A stretch of 50,722 nucleotides of DNA from Candidatus Moraniibacteriota bacterium (GTDB lineage Bacteria; Patescibacteriota; Minisyncoccia; Moranbacterales; UBA2206), in the NCBI GenBank assembly GCA_030645735.1, contig JAUSNP010000004.1, forward strand, positions 76,739 through 127,460, written 5' to 3'. Positions 34,325 to 41,648 of the stretch are shown here, piece after piece. The first letter of the stretch is position 1. Every line of letters starts with the position of its first letter. The notes beneath the pieces were generated by a model. That model saw nothing but the letters and a program-made list of their open reading frames with translations. It had not been told where the DNA came from and made no database searches. The position numbers and the translations under genes were made by a program.

Positions 34325-35737
34325 TCAAATAAATTCGCTTTTACGCACCTTACGATGATATGTTATCGCAAATCGATGCGCTTCATCCATAATAGTCTTG
34401 ATCAAATTCTTATCGTCTAAAATATTTTTAATTTCTTTTGAAAATTTAGTTATTGATAATTCATTGGATCCGCCAGCTGGCGGAGGAAATTGGAAATTGA
34501 GATTTTTACGAGTCTTGCCTTTTGCAACACCGACTATTGGTATAGCAAAACCCAATTTACTCAGAAGATCAGCTGCCATATTGACATGTCCAGCACCACC
34601 ATCTAGCAAAATCAAATCTGGTTGCGTCCAAGCATTGTTGAGTCGTCGCGACAAAACCTCTTGCATCATGGCCACATCATTGGCACCCTCGACAGTTTTG
34701 ATTTTGAATTTGCGATATTCTTTTTTGTTCGGCTCGCCGTTCTCAAAAACCACCATTGATCCCACAGCCTGTTGGCCAGAGATGTTTGAGATGTCATAGG
34801 CTTCGATTCGAAATTTATCTGTGCCCCCGTAGAGACGAGGCAATGCCTCGTCTCTACCGCTTGAAATTAAGGCAACATCTTGAATATGTTGAAGGGCAAA
34901 AATCTTGTTCCTCACCTCCGTCGCTTTCTCAAATTCTTCTTTCTTGGCCAATGCTGACATTTCTTTTTCCATTTTCTTCAACAAGCTTTTTTTCTTGCCC
35001 TCCAAAATCATCTGAATACCTCGAATATTTTTGGCATAATCCGCCTTGGAAATCGCCCCCGCATACGGCCCTGGGCAACGCCCCAATTGAAAATCCAGAC
35101 AACCTTTTTCCGTTTTATTTTTACTCGAATGAAACGGAAAAATCTTCCGTACAATCTTCAATGCGATTTCCATTTGTTTTTTGGAAGTGTATGGACCGAA
35201 CAATCGTGAAACGTGGATCGTGGATCGTGGATCACCTTGCTTTGCGTTCCACGTTTTGCGTTTTGCATTTTGCGTTTTGCGTTCCACGTTTTGCGTTCTA
35301 CGTTTTGCGTCTTCCAGATCTGTTTTTCTCACAATCATCACTTTCGGAAACTCCTCTTTTGTAATCACAAAATACGCATACGACTTGTCATCCTTGCCCA
35401 ACACATTATATTTCGGCTGATGCTTCTTGATCAAATTAGCTTCCAAAATCAACGCCTCCAAAACACTCTCCGTTTCTTGCACCTCAATGTCCGCCACTTG
35501 CGCAATCATCATCTCAATCGGCCTCAAAGAAATCCCTTCATTTCCTCTTCTCCCTTTGGGAGAAGGTGCCCGAAGGGCGGATGAGGGCAAAGCGGAGGCA
35601 AAATACGACCCGACCCGGCTCCTCAAACTCGTCGCCTTGCCCACATATATAATTTTGCCTTTCGCATCACGGAAAATATACACCCCCGGAACTTGAGGTA
35701 AATCCTTTACTTTTTCATTTATATTTGCTACTTTCAT
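34325..35737 (-). CDS. uvrC: Excinuclease ABC subunit C (no C-terminal helix-hairpin-helix domain; carries several repeat insertions)
   Basis: GIY-YIG motif GVYIFRDAKGKIIYVGKA..YN, UVR domain EEFEKATEVRNKIFALQHI, endonuclease-V-like core RIEAYDISNISG and DEAHRFAITYHRK. The ORF ends about 8 aa later. Confidence 0.85.
   Translation of the reverse strand: MKVANINEKVKDLPQVPGVYIFRDAKGKIIYVGKATSLRSRVGSYFASALPSSALRAPSPKGRRGNEGISLRPIEMMIAQVADIEVQETESVLEALILEANLIKKHQPKYNVLGKDDKSYAYFVITKEEFPKVMIVRKTDLEDAKRRTQNVERKTQNAKRKTWNAKQGDPRSTIHVSRLFGPYTSKKQMEIALKIVRKIFPFHSSKNKTEKGCLDFQLGRCPGPYAGAISKADYAKNIRGIQMILEGKKKSLLKKMEKEMSALAKKEEFEKATEVRNKIFALQHIQDVALISSGRDEALPRLYGGTDKFRIEAYDISNISGQQAVGSMVVFENGEPNKKEYRKFKIKTVEGANDVAMMQEVLSRRLNNAWTQPDLILLDGGAGHVNMAADLLSKLGFAIPIVGVAKGKTRKNLNFQFPPPAGGSNELSITKFSKEIKNILDDKNLIKTIMDEAHRFAITYHRKVRKSEFI
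34469..34483. repeat. CCGCCAGCTGGCGG palindrome inside uvrC (encodes PPAGG)
   Basis: tccgccagctggcgga has the same core as the loop of the 34276-34313 palindrome. Confidence 0.6.
34829..34858. repeat. GTAGAGACG/CGTCTCTAC hairpin inserted in-frame in uvrC (encodes GRDEALPRLY)
   Basis: The sequence is gtagagacgaggca-a-tgcctcgtctctac. It maps exactly to UvrC residues 294-303. Confidence 0.8.
35207..35314. repeat. CGTGAAACG-family word-repeat insertion, in-frame in uvrC
   Basis: cgtgaaacgtggatcgtggatcgtggatc ... gcgttccacgttttgcgttttgcattttgcgttttgcgttccacgttttgcgttctacgttttgcg encodes EDAKRRTQNVERKTQNAKRKTWNAKQGDPRSTIHVS (residues ~142-177). Confidence 0.75.
35528..35596. repeat. GGGAGAAGG/GCCCGAAGGGC hairpin element, in-frame in the uvrC GIY-YIG domain
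   Basis: cttctccc-tttg-ggagaag and gccc-gaa-gggc encode SALPSSALRAPSPKGRRGNEGIS (residues ~48-70). The segment lies between ..RVGSYF and the conserved E-x-x-L-I-x-x-x-x-P-x-YN segment. Confidence 0.7.
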
Positions 35738-35797
35738 AGTATTAGAATAAACTTATTCAATGTCCTTTTCACTAATATACTTCGAGGAGGTGCACCT

Positions 35798-36109
35798 ATG
35801 GGATTTATCAAAAAGATAGATATGGTAAGCTTTTTTCAAAAACTCGTAAACATTCTGGCTGGAACACCTGAGCAGGATGAAGTTAAAAAAATTATTCAGG
35901 AATTTGAATCTGGGTCATTCACTGCTCGAAATGAGTTTCTACCAAAAATAAATAAGCTCTTTAGAAACTATGACACCCTGAGTTTTTATCCTGATGACAT
36001 CCTCGCATTTAAGAGTCCTGAGGAACTCTATGACACCCTTCGCAGAAAAGCTCAACTGTTCAAGCAAGTTCAGGCACTTGAAGATGAGTGGCAATCCCTC
36101 ATTTCTTAA
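35798..36109 (+). CDS. Hypothetical 103-aa protein
   Basis: Strong Shine-Dalgarno GAGGAGG 6 nt before the ATG, with a terminator hairpin downstream. No motif recognised. Confidence 0.6.
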   Translation: MGFIKKIDMVSFFQKLVNILAGTPEQDEVKKIIQEFESGSFTARNEFLPKINKLFRNYDTLSFYPDDILAFKSPEELYDTLRRKAQLFKQVQALEDEWQSLIS

Positions 36110-36133
36110 ATGAACTAAATCACCCTTCTATCT

Positions 36134-36169
36134 AGGAGCTTTCCGCCACGCGGACAGCTCCTGTTTTTT
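36134..36169. terminator. Terminator hairpin between convergent genes
   Basis: The sequence is aggagct-ttccgccacgcggac-agctcct followed by gtttttt. Confidence 0.65.
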
Positions 36170-36212
36170 ATATTTTTAAAAATCAGTGGAATCATGTGCG
36201 CTCAGGTGCGAA

Positions 36213-39155
36213 TCAGTGGTTCAGATATTCCCTCAAATATTTTGCTGTATAACTTTCTTTGTGATATTGCACAATTTCTTCTGGTGGGCCAGTCACAATC
36301 ACGCGCCCGCCTTGATCGCCACCTTCTGGACCAAGATCAATGATCCAATCAGCCGTTTTGATCACGTCCATGTTATGCTCAATCACAATCACCGTGTTGC
36401 CTGCATCCACCAAGCGATTCAAAACCACTAGCAATTTTTTGATGTCATCAAAATGAAGTCCTGTGGTCGGTTCATCCAGGATATACAAAGTGTCACCCGT
36501 GGCTCGGCGAGATAATTCTGTGGCCAATTTGATGCGTTGCGCTTCACCGCCTGACAAAGTTGTGGCGGCTTGTCCCAAATGGATATAGCCCAAGCCAACA
36601 TCTTCCAACACCGCCAGCTTATCATAGATATCATGGAAACTTTCAAAAAAGTCTTTGGCTTCCGAAACGGTCATAGCCAAAACTTCGGCAATGTTTTTGT
36701 CCTTATATTTCACCTCAAGTGTTTCGCGATTGTACCGTTTGCTTTTGCACACATCACACGGCAAATAGACATCTGGCATAAATTGCATTTCAATCTTGAT
36801 GTAGCCCTCGCCTTGGCAATTGTCACAACGTCCACCTTTCACATTGAAAGAGAATCGCCCAGGACCAAAACCCTTGCTCTTGGAACCGCGTGTGGAAGCG
36901 AACAATTCACGAATCGGTGTGAACAAACCGGTGTACGTCGCCGGATTGGAACGCGGGGTGCGACCAATCGGCGACTGATCAATCATAATAATTTTGTTGA
37001 TATGTTGCACACCCAAAATTTCTGAATGCTTGCCAGCTTTTTCCAAAGAATGCATCAACTTGTTGGACAATGATTTATACAAAATATCTTCTACCAAGGA
37101 TGATTTGCCGGAACCCGACACCCCCGTCACCACCGTCAAAACTTTCAAAGGAAATTCCACTGTCACATTTTTCAAATTGTTTTCCCGCGCGCCCCGCACC
37201 ACCAGCCATTTCTTGTTTTTCACATTGCGCCGCACCGCTGGCACTTCAATTTTCAATTCTCCATTCAAATATTGCGCTGTCAAAGACTTCTTGTTTTTCA
37301 TCACTTCCTCTGGCGTGCCTTGCGCCACAATTTCGCCACCCAAGCGACCGGCTCCTGGACCAATATCCACCAAATAGTCAGCTTCACGCATCGTCTCTTC
37401 ATCATGTTCGATCACAATCAAAGTGTTGCCGATGTCGCGTAACTGCAAAAGTGTTTGTAGCAACTTAGTGTTGTCGCGCGCATGCAAACCAATCGATGGT
37501 TCATCTAGAATATACAAAACGCCCACCAATTGTGAACCGATTTGTGAAGCCAAGCGAATCCGTTGCGCTTCTCCACCCGCCAAAGTGGCGGCTGAGCGTG
37601 ACAAAGTCAAATAGCCCAAACCAACATTTTCCAAAAATCCCAAACGCGCCTGAATTTCTTTCAAGATGCGTCCGGCAATCAATTCTTCCGTCTTGTTGAT
37701 TTTCAAATCTTTGAAAAATTTCAGAGATTCCTCCACGCTCACATCTGACACGCCCGCAATATTTCTCTCTCCCACAGTCACCAACAAAACTTCCGGTTTA
37801 TAGCGTTTGCCTTTGCAAATTGAGCACGGATTTTGTGACATATATTTTTCGATATTGGCCCGCACTGCATCTGATTCAGTTTTGAAATAGCGGTCTTGCA
37901 AAAAGCCCACCACGCCCCGCCAGCTCATCGAAAAAGTCCAAGCTGTGCCAGTCTTGGCGCGAATGCGAATGGCCACTTCTTCTGCTTCTTCTTCCGAAAT
38001 CATGTCCGTGGCGTCTGACGCGCCATACAACAAGCAGTTCAGTTTGCGTTCTGGCAAATCGCGCAAACGCACATTGTCAGAAATATTGAAATGTTTGCAC
38101 ACTGACAACAGCACGCCGCCATAATAATTGTTTTTCTTGAAATTCCACGGCATGAGTCCGCCTTCAGCGATTGTCTTGCTCATGTCCGGCATCACCAACT
38201 CTGGATCGATTTCCTTCTTGGTGCCCAAGCCCTCACAAGCTGGACAGGCGCCATATGGCGAATTGAATGAAAACAATCTTGGCTCCAATGTCGGAAACTC
38301 AATCTCATGCACCGGACATGCCAATTTCTGATTGAAAATGAATTCTTCTTTTTTGTTCCCCCTCGCCCTTTGGGAGAGGGCCGGGGTGAGGGCTCTAACT
38401 CTCACCAATCCTTCCGCCAACTTCAACGCTCTCTCTACATCTTCAAAAATCCGTGACAAATTTTCATCTTGAATTTTCACCACATCAACTACAATATCAA
38501 TACTATGTTTTTTGTATCTTTCCAATTTGATATCCATCGTGCTGGCCAATTCGATTTTTTTCTCATTCACATAGGCCACTGAGAAACCACGCTTAAACAT
38601 CTCTTCTAGCAACGAGGAATATTCACCCTTTCTTTGACGCACCACTGGTGCGATGATTTCGATTTCTTGTCCTTCGCCCCCGCCTCGCGTCGACGAGTGG
38701 TCGTCTCCACGAGTCGAGGCGGGAATCCCAATGATCCGATCGACAATTTCATCCGTTGAAAGTTTGGTGATTTCTCGTCCGCATTCAGGACAATGCGGAA
38801 CGCCGATTTTGGCAAACAGCAAACGCAGATAGTCATGGATTTCCGTGACCGTTCCCACTGTTGAACGTGGATTCTGCGAAGAAGCTTTTTGGGAGATAGA
38901 AATGGCTGGTGACAGCCCTTCGATATAGTCCACATCTGGCTTGTCCATCTGCCCCAAAAACTGCCGCGCATAACTCGACAAACTTTCCAAATATCTTCGT
39001 TGCCCTTCGGCAAAAATTGTATCAAAAGCTAAGGTCGATTTGCCCGACCCTGAAATACCTGTAAAAACAATGAATTTGTCACGTGGAAGCTCCAAATCAA
39101 TGTTTTTCAGGTTATGTTCCCTTGCCCCTTTGATGATTATTTTATCCATATTCAA
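36213..39155 (-). CDS. uvrA: Excinuclease ABC subunit A (consensus-like copy)
   Basis: 980 aa. [58 protein letters not shown] is close to the canonical UvrA N-terminus. It has two LSGGEAQRI signature motifs and all zinc modules, and carries two insertions. Confidence 0.92.
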   Translation of the reverse strand: MNMDKIIIKGAREHNLKNIDLELPRDKFIVFTGISGSGKSTLAFDTIFAEGQRRYLESLSSYARQFLGQMDKPDVDYIEGLSPAISISQKASSQNPRSTVGTVTEIHDYLRLLFAKIGVPHCPECGREITKLSTDEIVDRIIGIPASTRGDDHSSTRGGGEGQEIEIIAPVVRQRKGEYSSLLEEMFKRGFSVAYVNEKKIELASTMDIKLERYKKHSIDIVVDVVKIQDENLSRIFEDVERALKLAEGLVRVRALTPALSQRARGNKKEEFIFNQKLACPVHEIEFPTLEPRLFSFNSPYGACPACEGLGTKKEIDPELVMPDMSKTIAEGGLMPWNFKKNNYYGGVLLSVCKHFNISDNVRLRDLPERKLNCLLYGASDATDMISEEEAEEVAIRIRAKTGTAWTFSMSWRGVVGFLQDRYFKTESDAVRANIEKYMSQNPCSICKGKRYKPEVLLVTVGERNIAGVSDVSVEESLKFFKDLKINKTEELIAGRILKEIQARLGFLENVGLGYLTLSRSAATLAGGEAQRIRLASQIGSQLVGVLYILDEPSIGLHARDNTKLLQTLLQLRDIGNTLIVIEHDEETMREADYLVDIGPGAGRLGGEIVAQGTPEEVMKNKKSLTAQYLNGELKIEVPAVRRNVKNKKWLVVRGARENNLKNVTVEFPLKVLTVVTGVSGSGKSSLVEDILYKSLSNKLMHSLEKAGKHSEILGVQHINKIIMIDQSPIGRTPRSNPATYTGLFTPIRELFASTRGSKSKGFGPGRFSFNVKGGRCDNCQGEGYIKIEMQFMPDVYLPCDVCKSKRYNRETLEVKYKDKNIAEVLAMTVSEAKDFFESFHDIYDKLAVLEDVGLGYIHLGQAATTLSGGEAQRIKLATELSRRATGDTLYILDEPTTGLHFDDIKKLLVVLNRLVDAGNTVIVIEHNMDVIKTADWIIDLGPEGGDQGGRVIVTGPPEEIVQYHKESYTAKYLREYLNH
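38355..38396. repeat. GGGAGAGGG-type GC-rich element, in-frame in uvrA (encodes [14 protein letters not shown])
   Basis: The plus strand reads ccccctcgccctttgggagagggccggggtgagggc. This is strongly GC-rich against an AT-rich gene. Confidence 0.7.
38670..38723. repeat. GC-rich hairpin element, in-frame in uvrA (encodes [18 protein letters not shown])
   Basis: ccgcctcg ... cgaggcgg is an 8-bp outer stem, with inner gacga-gtgg-tcgtc. It maps to residues 145-162. Confidence 0.65.
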
Positions 39156-39240
39156 TGTTCTTAGTACGACTGATTATACTACGAAATAACATAAAAATCA
39201 ATCAAATAAAAACCGCTATTTTCTAGCAGTTTTTCATATT

Positions 39241-39311
39241 GTCATTCCCGTGGAAACGGGAATCTAGTATCCAAGCTCTGTGACTAGATTCCCGATCAGG
39301 TCGGGAATGAC
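39241..39311. repeat. Composite palindromic element GTCATTCCCG...CGGGAATGAC
   Basis: Two hairpins, attcccg-tggaa-acgggaat and attcccga-tcaggt-cgggaat, are bracketed by gtcat/atgac and ctagt/actag. Confidence 0.75.
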
Positions 39312-39316
39312 AATAC

Positions 39317-39523
39317 TTAATCTATACTGTTCTTAGCATGAATATAGATAAATAGAATAAACAAAGAAATCACACCCACAATCGCCAATGTACCAAAGGC
39401 ATTTTCAGAATCCAATTTACCCGCCAGCCATTCCATATACAGCGGGTAATATTTTTGAGCTAATTGCTCAATCTGAGTAGGTAAATTTTTTATAATTTCA
39501 ATCATATTGACATTATAGCACAA
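39317..39523 (-). CDS. Possible small membrane protein
   Basis: 68-aa ORF with one C-terminal TM helix (LAIVGVISLFILFIYI). No homology recognised and the start is uncertain. Confidence 0.3.
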   Translation of the reverse strand: MCYNVNMIEIIKNLPTQIEQLAQKYYPLYMEWLAGKLDSENAFGTLAIVGVISLFILFIYIHAKNSID

Positions 39524-39559
39524 TAAAAAAACTGCCTTAGTTAATAAAGCAGTTTTTTT
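39524..39559. terminator. Bidirectional terminator hairpin
   Basis: The sequence is aaaaaaactgc-cttagttaataa-agcagttttttt. Confidence 0.6.
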
Positions 39560-39580
39560 ATTATGCTAGATATCTATTTT

Positions 39581-40645
39581 TTAGTTCCCACAACTAGCTG
39601 CGCTAGCTGAGGCTGAGGCTGTACCTTCGCCAAAGCCTGCTGCCGGAGCAGTGGCTGACAATTTAGCAGTCTCACATTCTTTGGGTGCATTGTTGAAAGC
39701 ACCGCAGATAGCTTTCAATATACTAGCTGAATCTCGTCCAGATTGCGCAGTCACACCATTCACAACTAGTGTTGGTGATCCTTGCACGCCATATTTCACA
39801 TTATCTGCTTTATCTACGCCGAATGGAGGGAATTGTCCATTACTCCATTTGCTCTTGTCAGCAGCGTCGGCCTTCACATTAAATTGTGTATCAGCTTGTG
39901 CCACACAAGATTTGATAGCTCCAGCAGAAACTCCAGCTGAAGTCATACATGCGTCCGATGTACCTTCACCCTTCTTTAGAAAACAAGTTAGATAAGCTGA
40001 CAATCGAGCAGGTTGATTTTTTTGAATACAATATTGTCGCAAATTTTCATCGATTTCTTTGTCACCATGCATAGCATAATCTACAAATTTCAACTTGTAA
40101 TCAATTTTGCTTCCCAAAGCAGCTACTACTGGCAAAATTCCTTTTTCCATTTGTGTTCCATATGGACAATAGCTCATCACAAAAAGTTCTACGCTTGGTT
40201 TGTCATTTTTTGGAATTTCCACAGCTTCTGCTGGCGTTTGTGCATCGGCAGTTTTGTCAGCGACTTCAGTTTCCATGGCTTGTGGAAAAAACTTTTTACC
40301 ATCACGCGTCATATAAGTTGGAATCTCTTGTTCGCCAACTTTGATAGTGATTTTATATAAATCATTTTCTTCCACCGCGTCAGTTACCGTTGCTTGATTG
40401 TCCGGTGACAACAAGGTGCTGTTCACAAATTCCAAAACCTTAGTTTTGGCGCCTTCCAAGCCGATGTCAGCCTTTTTAGTTTTATAAAAATACCCACCCA
40501 CTGCCAACAAAATCACCAACAAAACTACGCCGGCAACAATATGTTTTTTCTTATCACTACAATCACAATTGCATTTGAAGAACTTTTTTGCAGCCGATTC
40601 CGTCACCGGTGCCACCACAGATTCTTCTGTTTTTATTTCGTCCAT
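39581..40645 (-). CDS. Membrane-anchored thioredoxin-fold (DsbA-like) protein
   Basis: A Cys-rich N-terminus (CNCDCS) and one TM helix, then FVMSYCPYG (a CxxC position reading CPYG) and the cis-Pro-loop-like GVQGSPTLVVNG. Confidence 0.55.
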   Translation of the reverse strand: MDEIKTEESVVAPVTESAAKKFFKCNCDCSDKKKHIVAGVVLLVILLAVGGYFYKTKKADIGLEGAKTKVLEFVNSTLLSPDNQATVTDAVEENDLYKITIKVGEQEIPTYMTRDGKKFFPQAMETEVADKTADAQTPAEAVEIPKNDKPSVELFVMSYCPYGTQMEKGILPVVAALGSKIDYKLKFVDYAMHGDKEIDENLRQYCIQKNQPARLSAYLTCFLKKGEGTSDACMTSAGVSAGAIKSCVAQADTQFNVKADAADKSKWSNGQFPPFGVDKADNVKYGVQGSPTLVVNGVTAQSGRDSASILKAICGAFNNAPKECETAKLSATAPAAGFGEGTASASASAASCGN

Positions 40646-40725
40646 TATTTTTTATCCAACCTGATTTCAACTAACTGAACTCAGATCAAATTTTTACTTT
40701 AGTTACTTACCTATTATACAGGCCA

Positions 40726-40754
40726 TTGACTTTTCCGTCAAAATACGCTACTAT
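40726..40754 (+). promoter_or_regulatory. Sigma70-like promoter: TTGACT, 17-nt spacer, TACTAT
   Basis: TTGACT at 40726-40731, a 17-nt spacer, then TACTAT at 40749-40754, about 55 nt upstream of the ATG at 40811. Confidence 0.45.
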
Positions 40755-40810
40755 TCAGCGTTAGGATAGAACATTTACAATAACCTCAAAAAAAAATATA
40801 AGGAGCTTCA

Positions 40811-41560
40811 ATGCACAAAGGAAAGAGGGATTTCGAAAAAGATGTACAGGAATTTAGGGATCACATACAGAAACTTCTTAGAACTCACAAATTATCGAAG
40901 ATCTATTCGTTTGTAGTTGGAATCATTGATCCAGAAAATTTTCTAGTGGAAATTTCAATCCCCACAGAAATCCTGCGCTTTCTCGAAAAAAGAACTGATA
41001 TATCTTTTGCAGAGAGTCAATTGCAAGCTATCGGAGAAAAACAAAATGCTTTTCATAAGACAGAAGGCAAGGTTTTTCTGCTGAAAGTTGCCGATGGTAA
41101 GATTATCGTGCAAGGCAATTTCGGCCTGCCTTGCCTATCCTATGCATTGGCTGACTTCTTCAGTAAGCGCAAGGACTTTGTGCGTTCGATGCACATAGAA
41201 CTAGAGGAGATGCTTCGAGAAAAAATGCCGCTTCTCTTATCTAAAAAAAGAACTTTGAGCACCAGCTGTCAAAAAGGCGGGACTTGCAAAGTAATTATCC
41301 GCCTCAATCCAATCGTTATGAGCTTGGATGGGCACTCGCAGCACAACTTAACCGAAAAGTCTGAACGCATCTGTAATGTCTTCCAGTATCCCATTGAATC
41401 TCATTTAAAAATAGATTCTGGAAATGGCGTCTATGTTGGTAAACTAACAATTGTTTCGACAATCACTGTGACCGGAAAAAATCCGGCAGAAATAGTTTCC
41501 AAAATTCATGATGAGCTATACAAGAGGCCAGACTTCAAATATCTGACCACTAAAATTTAA
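40811..41560 (+). CDS. Hypothetical 249-aa protein
   Basis: Shine-Dalgarno AAGGAG 5 nt before the ATG, its own promoter candidate and a downstream hairpin. No motif recognised. Confidence 0.6.
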   Translation: MHKGKRDFEKDVQEFRDHIQKLLRTHKLSKIYSFVVGIIDPENFLVEISIPTEILRFLEKRTDISFAESQLQAIGEKQNAFHKTEGKVFLLKVADGKIIVQGNFGLPCLSYALADFFSKRKDFVRSMHIELEEMLREKMPLLLSKKRTLSTSCQKGGTCKVIIRLNPIVMSLDGHSQHNLTEKSERICNVFQYPIESHLKIDSGNGVYVGKLTIVSTITVTGKNPAEIVSKIHDELYKRPDFKYLTTKI

Positions 41561-41648
41561 CCGAGGAGGTTTTATTAAAACAACCCCAACAAAAAAAGCA
41601 TCAACCGCCGCGACGGTTTGGTGCTTTTTATATTTTTCAAATATTTTT

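Noticed and set aside
35207-35314. Possible CRISPR array or other regular tandem repeat (also considered at 7128-7292)
   Set aside because: There is no fixed-length repeat alternating with unique spacers. The units are 5-8-nt degenerate words, the arrays lie inside continuous reading frames, and no cas genes are present.
34756-35584. Plus-strand ORFs 34756-35364, 35181-35420, 35213-35584 and 35427-35696 within uvrC
   Set aside because: They are antisense to a motif-supported uvrC frame. Their length arises because the word-repeat and palindromic insertions lack stops in several frames.
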